Of a DNA stretch of 64,000 nucleotides, positions 1 to 9,677 are shown piece by piece. The stretch's first letter is position 1. The number at the start of each line of letters is the position of its first letter. The notes under the pieces were generated by a model. That model was not told the DNA's origin. It saw nothing but the letters and a program-made list of their open reading frames with translations, and did no database searches. Source of the DNA: an uncultured Acidimicrobiaceae bacterium (lineage in GTDB: Bacteria > Actinomycetota > Acidimicrobiia > Acidimicrobiales > RAAP-2); NCBI GenBank assembly GCA_963777485.1, contig CAVZQP010000002.1, positions 1,006,030 to 1,070,029 of the forward strand. Reading direction: 5' to 3'. A program made the translations under genes and the position numbers.

Positions 1-220
1 TGCGCTCGTCGTCGTCCCCGAGCAGCTCGGTGCCGAGACGCAGCCCGCTCTCGGCGCGCACGGTGCCACCGGCTCTCGAGGCCAGAGTGACCCGGTACCC
101 ACCGGCACGGCGCAGGGACGAGGCGGCCCGGCCGGCGCCGGCGAAGACCTCGTGCGGGCCGACCGCATCGAGGGGCTGGACCCCGTCGTAGGCGACGATC
201 ACGACGTGGCGCTCCCTCAT
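1..220 (-). CDS. DJ-1/PfpI (GlxA-type) family protein, N-terminal part only (gene runs off the window)
   Basis: Own translation of the reverse strand from ATG at 220-218 gives MRERHVVIVAYDGVQPLDAVGPHEVFAGAGRAA..., a typical start of DJ-1/PfpI/GlxA domains. It is truncated, so it is not in the ORF track. Confidence 0.5.
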   Translation of the reverse strand, partial: MRERHVVIVAYDGVQPLDAVGPHEVFAGAGRAASSLRRAGGYRVTLASRAGGTVRAESGLRLGTELLGDDDER

Positions 221-369
221 GGGCACCACTCTGAAGGCGCCGGGTCATGGCGTCAATGACGTGGTTCCCACAAATTCGGCCAAGGGCGGGGCTCTTCCGG
301 GCCCGTGCCGGCGGAGAACTGCAGAAAGGCAGGCCGCAGACGCCCGAAGGCCGCGTGCCCCCGGGCGGT

Positions 370-756
370 TCAGCCGCCCCGAGTGCGCCTCGTGCCCCGG
401 GCCCGCACCCACGCCAGCAGGTCACCGCCACCACCCCGGCGGACCGTCCCGGTAAAGATGTCCTCGCGCTCCGTCGAGGCCTCGCGGGTCACCTCGGCCA
501 ACAGCTCGTCGCCGATGGCCGCCGGCTGCAGGTACTCCACCAGGACCGACGAGATGATCCCCGAGTGCGTCTCGTCGTTCGCCGCGGCCGCGACGGCCGC
601 TCCGCAGACCGCGTAGAACACTGCGCCGTGCACCGTGCCGTGCGGGTTGGCGTGGCGTTCGTCGGTCTGCAACGTCGCCACCGTGTGGCCCGCATCGCGC
701 CGTGCGACCTCGATGCCGAGCAGCGCGGCGAACGCGTCGGGTCCCGGTCCGGTCAT
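370..756 (-). CDS. PaaI-family hotdog-fold thioesterase
   Basis: 128-aa ORF. FAALLGIEV...GHTV..L....RHANPHGTVHGAVFYAV.D is the PaaI/4HBT class II pattern. Confidence 0.7.
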   Translation of the reverse strand: MTGPGPDAFAALLGIEVARRDAGHTVATLQTDERHANPHGTVHGAVFYAVCGAAVAAAANDETHSGIISSVLVEYLQPAAIGDELLAEVTREASTEREDIFTGTVRRGGGGDLLAWVRARGTRRTRGG

Positions 757-778
757 GCGCAGCGGCCCCCGTGACCCG

Positions 779-1912
779 TCAGGAGGCGGGTGCCGCGGCG
801 GGCAGGCGGCCCGGCATGGGCACCGCGGTGGCCGGCCAGCGCTTCCGGCTGGCCCGGCTCAGCTTGTTCAGCAGCGTCACCGCACCCGGGTCGTCCTCGA
901 TCGGCCGCGTCTCGATGACCCCCGCGGCCTCCATCTCGTTGAAGAGCTCCTCACCCTTCTCGGTCCGCAACAAGGTGAGGGTCCAGTCGCCGAACGCGCC
1001 GATGCCCCCGGTCGAGATGTCGGCGTGCTCGGCGGCGAAGTCCGGGCAGCTCTTGCAGCCCTCGCGGGTCCAGGCGTGCGCCTCCTTGAGCGGGATCTCG
1101 TGATAGCTGCCGTCGCGCATCCACACCTGGAACACGCCCTTGATGTTCATCTTGGCGATGTCGGCCCGCGCCAGCCCGTACTTCGCCTCGAAGAGCTCGG
1201 GGAAGATGGCGTCGTCGAAGGTCTTGGAGCACAACAGCCCGATCGAGAGCGTGAAGCGCCGGGCGATCTTTCCGGCCTTGCGGGCTGTCATGACCGGGGG
1301 CGCCGAGGCCTGGCACCCCATGCCGACCAGGGCGATCCGCTCGGCTCCGCCCGCGATGGCGTCGGAATAGGCCAGTGGGTTGGCCGAGTACGTGTAGCGC
1401 GACCCGGCCGTGCCGAGGACGTCCTCCTTGGTGCGGGCCACGCGGGGCACCGCCTTCCAGGTCGAGCCGTCGCCCTCGAGGCCCGAGACCAATGCGGCGT
1501 CGATGAGCTCGTGCTCGAAGGCCCAGATCAGCAACGCCGAGACCAGCCCGCCGTCCTGTCCCGTTTCCCGGATGCCCGGGTCCGTGGCCCGGGCGAGGAC
1601 GGTGCGCCGGGCGATGCCCGCCACCTCCTCGTCGGTGCGCGGCCGCCCGAAGAGGTGGGTCTCGATTTCGGGCTCCCAGGTGCGGAAGCGCGGACACGCC
1701 CGTGTGCACAGGGTGCAGCCCTTGAGACCGTGGGTGCAGTTGTCGGGGCCCCCGTCGGCGTCAACGTGGAAGGGCCTGTAATTGCCCTCGGTGTCGTCGT
1801 AACCGAGGACGTCGTAGGGGCACGCGATGACACAGGCCGAGCAACCGGTGCACAGCCCGGACGTCACGACCTCGGTGAACAGCTCCGCCCACTGTGGCTT
1901 CTCTGGTGGCAC
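779..1912 (-). CDS. Coenzyme F420 hydrogenase/dehydrogenase beta-subunit (FrhB) family iron-sulfur protein
   Basis: Two ferredoxin-type Cys clusters (CTGCSACVIACP, CTLCTRACP) are followed by an FrhB-like body. I chose the GTG start at 1912 (VPPEKPQW...) instead of the longest ORF (2011) to avoid overlapping the divergent fpg-like gene. Confidence 0.65.
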   Translation of the reverse strand: MPPEKPQWAELFTEVVTSGLCTGCSACVIACPYDVLGYDDTEGNYRPFHVDADGGPDNCTHGLKGCTLCTRACPRFRTWEPEIETHLFGRPRTDEEVAGIARRTVLARATDPGIRETGQDGGLVSALLIWAFEHELIDAALVSGLEGDGSTWKAVPRVARTKEDVLGTAGSRYTYSANPLAYSDAIAGGAERIALVGMGCQASAPPVMTARKAGKIARRFTLSIGLLCSKTFDDAIFPELFEAKYGLARADIAKMNIKGVFQVWMRDGSYHEIPLKEAHAWTREGCKSCPDFAAEHADISTGGIGAFGDWTLTLLRTEKGEELFNEMEAAGVIETRPIEDDPGAVTLLNKLSRASRKRWPATAVPMPGRLPAAAPAS

Positions 1913-1959
1913 GCGCCCACCATATTCGGCCTGCACCCGGGGTCGGATACCTTGCGCCC

Positions 1960-2754
1960 GTGCCCGAGATCCTCGAAGTCGAGCGCTACCGGGCCCTGGC
2001 CGAGAAAGCACTGCACCGCCCGGTGGCCAAGGTCTGGATGGTCGACGCCCGCTACGGACGTGGGGGGACGACGCCCACCCGGCTCCGGGCCGCGCTGAAA
2101 GGGCGCCAATTCACCTTGGCCAGGCGCCGGGGCAAGCTGATGCTGCTCGACACCGACGGCGGACCGACGCTCGGCGTGCGCTTCGGCATGACGGGCGGGC
2201 TGGTCGTCGACGGCCAACAGGCGCTCGACCGTCTGCGCTACGGGCCGGGTGTCTTCAACGACAAGTGGGTTCGGGCCCGGGTGCAGTTCATCGACGGGGG
2301 AGTGCTCCAGCTGCACGACCCGCGGCGATTCGGTTCGCTCGAGCTCGCGCCCGACGAGAACCGGCTCGGGCCGGACGCACTCACCGCCACGCTCGCCGAC
2401 GTGCGCACGGCGTTGGGAACGTCGACGCGCGGAGGCCCGGTCGCCCCGCTCAAGGCGCGGCTGATGGACCAGGAGCGCCTCGCCGGCGTGGGCAACCTGC
2501 TGGCCGACGAGATCCTGTGGCGCGCCGGGTTCGACCCGGGCCGGCGCACCCCGCTCGACGACGACGAGCTGCGTGCGTTGCACAAGGCGCTGCGCTCGAC
2601 CCTGCGTCTCCTGGACCGCCGTGGGGGGTCGCACATGGGCGACCTGATGGAGGAGCGCCAACCGGGGGGGCACTGTCCTCGTGACGGCGCGGAGCTGCGG
2701 CACGCACAGGTCGGTGGCCGCACGACCTACTGGTGCGCAGAGCACCAGCATTGA
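1960..2754 (+). CDS. Fpg/Nei-family DNA glycosylase / AP lyase
   Basis: GTG start gives the N-terminus (M)PEILEVE (catalytic Pro2/Glu3). The H2TH region is ...LMDQERLAGVGNLLADEILW... and the C-terminal zinc finger is CPRDG..(17)..CAEHQ. Confidence 0.8.
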   Translation: MPEILEVERYRALAEKALHRPVAKVWMVDARYGRGGTTPTRLRAALKGRQFTLARRRGKLMLLDTDGGPTLGVRFGMTGGLVVDGQQALDRLRYGPGVFNDKWVRARVQFIDGGVLQLHDPRRFGSLELAPDENRLGPDALTATLADVRTALGTSTRGGPVAPLKARLMDQERLAGVGNLLADEILWRAGFDPGRRTPLDDDELRALHKALRSTLRLLDRRGGSHMGDLMEERQPGGHCPRDGAELRHAQVGGRTTYWCAEHQH

Positions 2755-2768
2755 GGGAGCCTGAGCCG

Positions 2769-4580
2769 TCAGTCGTTCCCGGAGCCCCCGTTTTCGGGGC
2801 TGGTGGTGTTCCCGTTGGTGAGCGGGGTGCCGGGTGTCATGGCCACGCCTCGAACCACCTGGCCGTAGGTCGGCGGCAGCACCGTGCGGAAGGTCTCGTG
2901 GCCCACCTGGCTCGGTGAGGTGGCACCCAGCTGGTCGGTGATCTCCACCAGCTGGTTCGGGTCCGCACCCTGGTCGCCCGAGCCGCTCACCGTGGAGGTC
3001 GACGCCCACAGCGTGACGGTCCCGTCGCGGTGGACCTGACCGGTGAGGTTGCGCAGGCCGTCGGTCCCCGGCGCCCATGGCAGGCCGGTGCCGCCGTCGG
3101 TCGAGTTGAGCCCGGTGGGGTACTGGCTGCCGGCCCTGTTGGGCGACACGCCGTACGGGGTGCCGAGACCGAGGCCGCTCTGCAGCACGTAGTCGAGTTG
3201 CCACGCGCCGGTGGACGTGTTGAACGACCACTTCTGGAGGCCGGCCGTGGTCGATGCCGCGGCCGCGCTGTACGTGTTGGTCGTGGGGTCGTAGGTGTTG
3301 TCACCCGCGCCCTCGTCCGCCACGTAGAGCGTCGTCGGGTTGGCGAACCACAGACCGAACGGGTAGTCGGACGAGTCCGTCGCCTGCTTGGCGGGGGACG
3401 TCGGGAACCCCTTGAGGATGTAGCTGTTGGTCGGAACCAGCCCGGGGTTCTTCGCGGTCAGGCCCAGGGCCGGGTCGTTCGTCGAGTACGTCGGTGCAGT
3501 CCACGTGGACGCGCTCGGCAGCGTCGCGTGCGACGAGGGGAGCCCCACCCCACCCGCGTTGGTCGAGGTGCCGTTGGGGTCGGCGAAGTACACGGTGTCG
3601 ACGCCGTTGCTGCCCGATCCCTTCGTGAAATAGACGACGCCGTCGTAGACGGCCAGGCCCCGGTAGTTGTTGTCCTTCCCCGACTTGTCGGCGGTGTTGC
3701 CGAGCTCGGCGACGTTGAAGTTGCCGTAGGGCGTGGGCGTGCCCGGGTTCTGGTCCGCCTCGGGCGCGTTGGCCGGTGTGAGGATCTGCGACCCGGCCCC
3801 GTCGATGACGGCGGCCGGCTCGGGGTTGGCGCCGTTGCCGGCGTTGCCGGTGGCGAAGATCGTGCCGTCGGGCCCGTCCTCGCGGTCGAGCACCGCAGCG
3901 CGGCCGTTGTCGCCGCTGAACGCGTTGGTCTCGGTGAAGCTGAAGTTCCTCCGGGCGTCCACCTGGGCCACGGCCCGGTACACCGGATCGGCCGAGTCGG
4001 CGACGGTCGGGTCCGGTTCGCCCGGGGCGTTGGCGTTGGAGGCGTCGATCGTCCCGGGCCCGGCGACGTAACCGACGAACGTGTCGTCACGGCCGTCCGT
4101 GGACTGGCTGAGGGCAAGCTCGGACTTGGACGAGAAGCTGGTGCTCAGGTAGTCGCCGCCGGCGGGACTGTCGGGAACGGTGACCGACCTGTCGACGCGG
4201 CCGCTCCGCGGGTCGACCTCCTGGAGGACGACGGGCTGCGTGACGCCGAAGCTGCCGTCGGCCGCGTCGTTGTTGAACACGAGGGGGTACGTGCCCGGCG
4301 CGACGGCCGTCCCGCACGTGACGTAGGCGGGATTGGCGGTGGCGCAGTTCGGTGGCAACTGCGTGGTGCCGGCGGTGACGGCGGCGTCGGTCGTCCAGAC
4401 ACCGGTGCTGACCAACAAGTCGCCGGGGCTGAAGCCCTCGTGCCCGCGCCCTTGCCCTTGCCCGTCGTCGGCGTTGGCCGTCCCTGAACCGGCGAGGACC
4501 GAGACCGGGCCGGCCAACGCGGCCAGCGCGACAGTGACAATCAGGATCCGTCGTCGGATCGGAAAGCGAACGGGTTGCAT
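2769..4580 (-). CDS. Secreted hypothetical protein (603 aa), probable beta-rich/propeller fold
   Basis: Signal peptide MQPVRFPIRRRILIVTVALAALAGPVSVLAGSGTANA. The mature part is rich in G/T/N/D/S and I recognise no catalytic motif. Confidence 0.6.
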   Translation of the reverse strand: MQPVRFPIRRRILIVTVALAALAGPVSVLAGSGTANADDGQGQGRGHEGFSPGDLLVSTGVWTTDAAVTAGTTQLPPNCATANPAYVTCGTAVAPGTYPLVFNNDAADGSFGVTQPVVLQEVDPRSGRVDRSVTVPDSPAGGDYLSTSFSSKSELALSQSTDGRDDTFVGYVAGPGTIDASNANAPGEPDPTVADSADPVYRAVAQVDARRNFSFTETNAFSGDNGRAAVLDREDGPDGTIFATGNAGNGANPEPAAVIDGAGSQILTPANAPEADQNPGTPTPYGNFNVAELGNTADKSGKDNNYRGLAVYDGVVYFTKGSGSNGVDTVYFADPNGTSTNAGGVGLPSSHATLPSASTWTAPTYSTNDPALGLTAKNPGLVPTNSYILKGFPTSPAKQATDSSDYPFGLWFANPTTLYVADEGAGDNTYDPTTNTYSAAAASTTAGLQKWSFNTSTGAWQLDYVLQSGLGLGTPYGVSPNRAGSQYPTGLNSTDGGTGLPWAPGTDGLRNLTGQVHRDGTVTLWASTSTVSGSGDQGADPNQLVEITDQLGATSPSQVGHETFRTVLPPTYGQVVRGVAMTPGTPLTNGNTTSPENGGSGND

Positions 4581-4751
4581 CGTGCCTCCTGTCTGCCGGC
4601 GGAAACGGTTGGTGCACCCTCCGCCGGCCGCCGAATCGTCGGGTCCGTCGACGTTCTAAAGGGAGTCGCGCAAACGCTTCAAGTGAGAACGGGCGGCGTC
4701 GCCCTCCGGTCACCGAATGTTCCGCAATGGTTCACCGACGTCTCTTGCCGG

Positions 4752-5798
4752 TCAGTTGAGGCGCCGCACCCACCAAACGGCGAAAGCGCCGACAGCGATC
4801 GCAAGGCCGAAGAAGATGAGCGACTCGTACGCCTGGAACGGCCAGTAGCGGCTCGCCGGCTGGTACGTGACGACATTGGACAGATGCAACTGGTTGACAC
4901 AGCGCGCGACGAGGTTGCCCGCCCCCTGCAAGGTGGAGGCTTGTGCGCCTGACGGCTTGATGTTCGGGCACGAACCGACGCCGGGGATGTGCACCCCGCC
5001 GGGGCCGACCACGGAGAGCGGGTTGACTGCGAACCCCGTTGCGCCACCACGGACCGCCTGACCAGCCGGATTGACCACGGATGCGTTCATCACCCATGCG
5101 CCCGGCGGGAGGTGCGCCCCGACCTGGACGCGCCGCGGGTCGGTGATGGTGAATGGGCTGCGCAGCGTCAGTGGTGCCATCAGGTGGGGCCGCACCCACT
5201 CGACGACAGCCACCCGCACGGCAGCGAACGCCACGAGGGCGGCGCCCATGGCGGCGACCGTCCTCCGGATGAGCGCGCCCGCCGCGACGCCCACCGCGAA
5301 GGCGAACGCGGCGTAGGCAACGGGCACGATGCCGTGCGTGTCGAAGTGGGCAAAGGGCCCGGCACCGACGACGAAGTCGAACGGACTGGACCACCAGGTC
5401 ACCATGAGACTGCACAGTCCGACGACCGCCATGCCGCCGAGACCGAGCAGCAGAAGCTTGGTGAGGGTCCAACGCTCCCGCGAGATGCTCTGGGTCCAGG
5501 CCAGACGGAAGGTCCCCGACTCGAGCTCGCGCGCCACGAGAGGCACGCCCCAGAACAGGCCGATGAGGCCGGGCACGACGAGGACGAGAGCGTCGAGCCA
5601 GCTGCCCATCAGTGCGTACTTGTCGATGAAGTCGTTGGCCGCATTGCCGCAGCCCGCGCCCGTACAGGAGCTCACGTTGGTGTGGAAGTCGGCCAGCAGC
5701 TGCGAGCCCACCATCACGACCACCACAGCCAAGCCGGCGAGCCCTGCCGCCGCCACGATCGCCTGGGACCGGAACTGCCGGAAGCTCAGCCAGAGCAT
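4752..5798 (-). CDS. ABC-2-type transporter permease (paralogue 2)
   Basis: Multi-TM protein sharing the block GxPLxAxELExGTFRLAWTQSxSRxRW and a C-terminal ..TYQPAxRxWxFQ.. motif with the upstream permease. Confidence 0.7.
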   Translation of the reverse strand: MLWLSFRQFRSQAIVAAAGLAGLAVVVVMVGSQLLADFHTNVSSCTGAGCGNAANDFIDKYALMGSWLDALVLVVPGLIGLFWGVPLVARELESGTFRLAWTQSISRERWTLTKLLLLGLGGMAVVGLCSLMVTWWSSPFDFVVGAGPFAHFDTHGIVPVAYAAFAFAVGVAAGALIRRTVAAMGAALVAFAAVRVAVVEWVRPHLMAPLTLRSPFTITDPRRVQVGAHLPPGAWVMNASVVNPAGQAVRGGATGFAVNPLSVVGPGGVHIPGVGSCPNIKPSGAQASTLQGAGNLVARCVNQLHLSNVVTYQPASRYWPFQAYESLIFFGLAIAVGAFAVWWVRRLN

Positions 5799-5823
5799 GC
5801 GCCGCGGGCCCTCTCCGGTCCGC

Positions 5824-6924
5824 TCACGTGATCCGGTGGCGGACCCACCACGTGCAGACGCCGGCGAGCACCAACCCGAGCACCACGAAGAGCGCCGTCT
5901 CGATCGCCTGGAACGTCCAGAACCGGTTGGCCGGCTGGTACGTCACGGCTGCGTGGTAGTTGGCGCTCAGGGTGTTGACGCAGTGGGTGAATGCGTCCTG
6001 GATGCCGCCCGTCGCCCGGGTCGTGGAGTGCGAGCCGAGGGTTCCGGGGTCGCCCTTGTTGAAGAGACCCGGCGGGGGCACCGCCGTCCCGAGGTTGGGG
6101 CACGCCTGCTGCATGACCGCCGTCGTGGGCGACTGCCCGGCGTCGTTGACGATGCTCGCCCCGTACACCCACGCGTTGGGCAGGCGGGGTGCCTGCGCCA
6201 TGACGGACGCGGTTGCGTGCGAGCCGATGGGGCCGTTGAGCTGAAAGCCAGTGTTCGTGGCCGACAGCGTCTGCGTGAAGGTGACGGGGCTCATGTAGTG
6301 CGCCCGCACCCAGTCCGTCACGACGAAGCGGGCGGCGATGAACCCGGCCAGTGTCACCGCCATCGCCGGCAGGGTCCGTCGCAGGATCAGGCCCGCCGTC
6401 ACGCCGAGGGCGAAGGCGAACAACGCGTACCCGCCCGCCACGAAGCCGTGCACCGCGAAGTTGCCCGCGCCGAACCGATCCGGGCTCGCCGCATCGAGCG
6501 GGCTGGCCCACCAATTCACCATCAGGCTGAGCAACCCCGCCGCGAGGAAGCTGGCGAGTCCCACCAGGCCGAGCTTGACGAGCAGCCAACGCGTCCGGCT
6601 CACGCTCTGGGTCCACGCCAGGCGGAACGTGCCCGTCTCGAGCTCGTGCGCAATGAGCGGCGACCCCCAGAACATCCCGATGAGCGCCGGCGCCACCAGG
6701 ACCAGCGCAATCACGCCGTATTGGAGCCCGCGGTAGGTGATGGTGACCGGATTGGTGTTGCAGGCCGCGCTCTGACCGCCGGACTCCCGACAGGCGGCCA
6801 CCGCCGAGTCGTAGACGCTGACGAGGTGGGGCCCGGTGATCGCCAGCACGACACCGACGACGACCAGTACTGCCGCGCCGACCAGCGCCTGCCCGCGGAA
6901 CAGTCGCCAACCGAATGCGATCAT
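5824..6924 (-). CDS. ABC-2-type transporter permease (paralogue 1)
   Basis: Tandem paralogue of 4752..5798. It has a 4-nt overlap with the ATPase gene stop. Confidence 0.7.
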   Translation of the reverse strand: MIAFGWRLFRGQALVGAAVLVVVGVVLAITGPHLVSVYDSAVAACRESGGQSAACNTNPVTITYRGLQYGVIALVLVAPALIGMFWGSPLIAHELETGTFRLAWTQSVSRTRWLLVKLGLVGLASFLAAGLLSLMVNWWASPLDAASPDRFGAGNFAVHGFVAGGYALFAFALGVTAGLILRRTLPAMAVTLAGFIAARFVVTDWVRAHYMSPVTFTQTLSATNTGFQLNGPIGSHATASVMAQAPRLPNAWVYGASIVNDAGQSPTTAVMQQACPNLGTAVPPPGLFNKGDPGTLGSHSTTRATGGIQDAFTHCVNTLSANYHAAVTYQPANRFWTFQAIETALFVVLGLVLAGVCTWWVRHRIT

Positions 6925-7841
6925 CGGACGACGTCCAATTGGGACACGGCAGCCCCGTCGTCGGGGTTGCGGCGGCGCCGGGTGCCGAGTCCCGCCTGGC
7001 CCATGTAGGCCAGCACCAGATCCTCGAGGTCCACCTGCTCGACCGTCCAGGACGGGTCGAGGATCGGACCGTCGCTGCGTACGAAGAGCGTGCTCTGGCG
7101 TTCGGTATGGCTGGCTTCGATCACGTGCTGGTCGCGGGGGAGCGCATCGACGTCGTGGCGTGGACCGGTCAAGCGGTGATGCGACGCGAGGAGCTCGTCG
7201 ACCTCACCTGCGAGCTGCACGCGCGAGGACACGAGCACGACCAGGTAGTCGCAGACCCGTTCCAAGTCCGCCACCAGGTGCGACGAGAGCACCACGCTGA
7301 CGCCCTGCTCGACGACGACCTCCATGAGGCTCTGGAGGAACTCGCGCCGGGCGAGCGGGTCGAGGCTTGCCACGGGCTCGTCGAGGATCAGGAATTCGGG
7401 GCGCTTGGCCACGGCGAGCGTCAGCGCCAGTTGGGCGCGCTGGCCGCCGGACAATGTTCCCGCCTTCTGCTTCGGGTCGAGGTCGAGATCCTCGATGCGC
7501 CGACGCGCCACCTCTGTGTCCCACCCGGGGTTCATGTGCGCCCCGAGCGCGAGATGGTCGGCGACCGTGAGCCGGGCGTAGGTGGGTGTGTCCTGGGCGA
7601 CGAAGCCCACCCTTGAGAGCTGCGCAGGGCTGTCGCTCGGCTTGTTCCCGAGCACCTCGATGCTGCCCGCGCTCGGCGTGAGCAGCCCCACGGCCAGGTG
7701 GATGAGCGTCGTCTTGCCGGCGCCGTTCGGGCCGACGAGCCCGACCACATGGCCGGAGGGGACGTCGAGATCGCACTCGTTGAGTGCCCACTTCCGGCCA
7801 TAGCGCTTGCCCAACCTGCGGGCGCTCAGGACCGTGCTCAC
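6921..7841 (-). CDS. ABC transporter ATP-binding protein
   Basis: Walker A GPNGAGKTT, signature LSGGQRAQL, Walker B FLILDEP. Confidence 0.9.
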   Translation of the reverse strand: MSTVLSARRLGKRYGRKWALNECDLDVPSGHVVGLVGPNGAGKTTLIHLAVGLLTPSAGSIEVLGNKPSDSPAQLSRVGFVAQDTPTYARLTVADHLALGAHMNPGWDTEVARRRIEDLDLDPKQKAGTLSGGQRAQLALTLAVAKRPEFLILDEPVASLDPLARREFLQSLMEVVVEQGVSVVLSSHLVADLERVCDYLVVLVSSRVQLAGEVDELLASHHRLTGPRHDVDALPRDQHVIEASHTERQSTLFVRSDGPILDPSWTVEQVDLEDLVLAYMGQAGLGTRRRRNPDDGAAVSQLDVVR

Positions 7842-8230
7842 GCTATTTCCTCGTCAGCGGCGGACCGAAAGGAAGATTGGAAGAGTGCCTCGATGCTCTC
7901 GTCGTCGAGACCGGCCCGCCTCGCCTTGGCGATCCACGTCTGCAGGGCACGGCGGAGCGGGCCGTGCGCGGCGAGCGATTCGCCCGCGAGCGAGCCCGTG
8001 ATGAACGTGCCGACTCCGGGCCGCGCACTTGCGAGACCTTCATGCTCGAGCTCGCGGTAGGCCTTGAGGACGGTGTTCGGGTTGATGGCCAGCTGGGCGA
8101 CAACCTCCTTGACCGTCGGCAGCTGGTCGCCGTCGTGCAGGAGCCCGAGGCGCATGGCCTGGCGGACCTGCTGGACGATCTGGAGGTAGGGGGACACCCC
8201 GGAGCGGCTGTCGAGATGGAACTCGATCAC
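7838..8230 (-). CDS. GntR-family (YtrA-subfamily, short) transcriptional regulator
   Basis: 130 aa. PYLQIVQQVRQAMRLGLLHDGDQLPTVKEVVAQLAINPNTVLKAYRELEHEGL is the GntR wHTH. It is the first gene of the operon with the ABC ATPase. Confidence 0.85.
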   Translation of the reverse strand: MIEFHLDSRSGVSPYLQIVQQVRQAMRLGLLHDGDQLPTVKEVVAQLAINPNTVLKAYRELEHEGLASARPGVGTFITGSLAGESLAAHGPLRRALQTWIAKARRAGLDDESIEALFQSSFRSAADEEIA

Positions 8231-8239
8231 GAGGACCTC

Positions 8240-8263
8240 ATTTATCTAGATGACTAGATAAAT
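8240..8263. promoter_or_regulatory. AT-rich perfect inverted repeat ATTTATCTAG-N4-CTAGATAAAT, candidate YtrA/GntR operator
   Basis: Read directly: 10-nt arms and a 4-nt spacer, 10 nt upstream of the GntR start codon. It is an AT island in about 70% GC DNA. Confidence 0.5.
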
Positions 8264-8345
8264 AGTGTTCCTCCGGTCCCGCGATGTCAAGGCGGGCGGG
8301 CTGACCCCCGAAGTCAGCATCCGGCTGGCCCCCGGGAGACCGTGT

Positions 8346-9020
8346 TCAGGTGAGCGGCGGCAGTCCCTTCGCGATCAGGTCGACGCCGAACACGAGGAAC
8401 AGGGCGGCCATGACCGCGGCGTTGTGCGCGCCGAGCCATACCTTGGCCGAGTCGAGCGAGGCGCGTGCCCGCTCACCGCCGGCCAGCGCGTAGAGCACCG
8501 GTCCGGCGATGCTCACACTGGCGAGGAGGACGAACACCGCGATCGCGACGATCGCGTCGCTCGTCGACAGGCCGAGCTGTGCCAGACCGGCCGCCGAGCC
8601 CATCGTGAGGATCAGGTTCTTGGGGTTCACCGCCGCGAGGACGACGCCGAGGCCTGCAGCCTGTAACGGCGAGAACGAGTCGACGTGTGCCATCCATTTG
8701 GGCATCGTTGGCTCCGCACCGGGAGCCGGCCGGTTACGCCAGTTGCGGCGCGCCAGGAGCAGGAACACGACGCCGAGGACGATCTTGCCCCACGAGACCG
8801 AGTCCGCGGCCGTCGAGCTGGTGGCCACGTTGCCGTCGTGGGACACGACGTAGACGATCGTGCTGACGGCGGCCAGCGCCACGACCCAGCCGAACAGGAA
8901 GGCCGGCCCGTTCGCCCGGGCCCGCGTCGAGAACAGCATGAGGATCACTGCGATGATCGGGATTGGGCTGATCGCGACCGCGATCGCGAACGTCAGTACC
9001 TCGCTGATCCCCTGTCCCAC
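8346..9020 (-). CDS. GAP-family / LysE-like small-molecule exporter-type membrane protein
   Basis: 224 aa with about 6 TM. The N-terminus EVLTFAIAVAISPIPIIAVILMLFS is typical of the GAP (DUF2910-like) family. Confidence 0.6.
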   Translation of the reverse strand: MGQGISEVLTFAIAVAISPIPIIAVILMLFSTRARANGPAFLFGWVVALAAVSTIVYVVSHDGNVATSSTAADSVSWGKIVLGVVFLLLARRNWRNRPAPGAEPTMPKWMAHVDSFSPLQAAGLGVVLAAVNPKNLILTMGSAAGLAQLGLSTSDAIVAIAVFVLLASVSIAGPVLYALAGGERARASLDSAKVWLGAHNAAVMAALFLVFGVDLIAKGLPPLT

Positions 9021-9034
9021 GGAGCGCCGGAGAC

Positions 9035-9502
9035 CTAGCTCTCGTTGACCTCGTCGAGGACCTTGGCCGCATGCCCGTCGGCCTTGACGTGGTACCAGGC
9101 CCGCTGCACCTTTCCGTTGGGCCCGACGAGAAACGTGGAGCGAATGGTGCCGACGGTCTTCTTCCCGTACATCGTCTTCTCACCCCAGGCCCCGTACTTC
9201 TCCATCACCTTCTTGTCGGTGTCGGTCAGAAGGGGGAACTTGAGCTTGTACTTCGTGCGGAATTTCACGTGCTTCTCGGCCTTGTCAGGGGAGATGCCGA
9301 GCACCGCCACGCCCGCCTTCTCGAAGGTCTTGAGGTTGTCGTTGAATTGACACGCCTCCTTGGTGCAGCCCGGCGTGTCGTCGGCCGGATAGAAGTACAC
9401 GATGACCCGCTGACCCTTGAAATCGGAGAGCTTCACCGGCTTTCCGTCCTGGTCAGGCAGGGTGAACGCGGGGGCGGTGGCTCCCGCCTCGAGTTTGGCC
9501 AT
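9035..9502 (-). CDS. bcp: Thioredoxin-dependent peroxiredoxin Bcp
   Basis: MAKLEAGATAPAFTLPDQDGKPVKLSDFKGQRVIVYFYPADDTPGCTKEACQF contains the PGCT peroxidatic Cys motif. I used the internal ATG at 9502, not the 238-aa longest ORF. Confidence 0.85.
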   Translation of the reverse strand: MAKLEAGATAPAFTLPDQDGKPVKLSDFKGQRVIVYFYPADDTPGCTKEACQFNDNLKTFEKAGVAVLGISPDKAEKHVKFRTKYKLKFPLLTDTDKKVMEKYGAWGEKTMYGKKTVGTIRSTFLVGPNGKVQRAWYHVKADGHAAKVLDEVNES

Positions 9503-9576
9503 CGTCGGAGTCCTCCTCGGCTCGCCGGAGCGATCACTTTGGCACACCATGCCGCGGGATACCTGGTCTGGGCTGG

Positions 9577-9582
9577 TACAAT
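9577..9582 (+). promoter_or_regulatory. Candidate extended -10 (TGgTACAAT) for the helicase gene
   Basis: tggTACAAT read at 9574-9582, about 95 nt upstream of the ATG at 9678. No convincing -35. Confidence 0.25.
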
Positions 9583-9677
9583 GGGGACTGCGACCGCTGG
9601 CAGGGGCCGGCGAGTCGGGGCCGATTCTCACTCCAGTGGAAGGCGCAGGGCCCCGCCGGAGATCACAGAGAGGGTCC

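Noticed and set aside
635-3231. Long overlapping ORFs such as 635..2098(+), 1864..3231(-) and 1827..2684(+)
   Set aside because: They are antisense or out of frame to genes with clear motifs (FrhB-like, Fpg/Nei). Their translations are Arg/Pro/Gly/Ala-rich with no motifs, which is the usual high-GC open-frame artefact.
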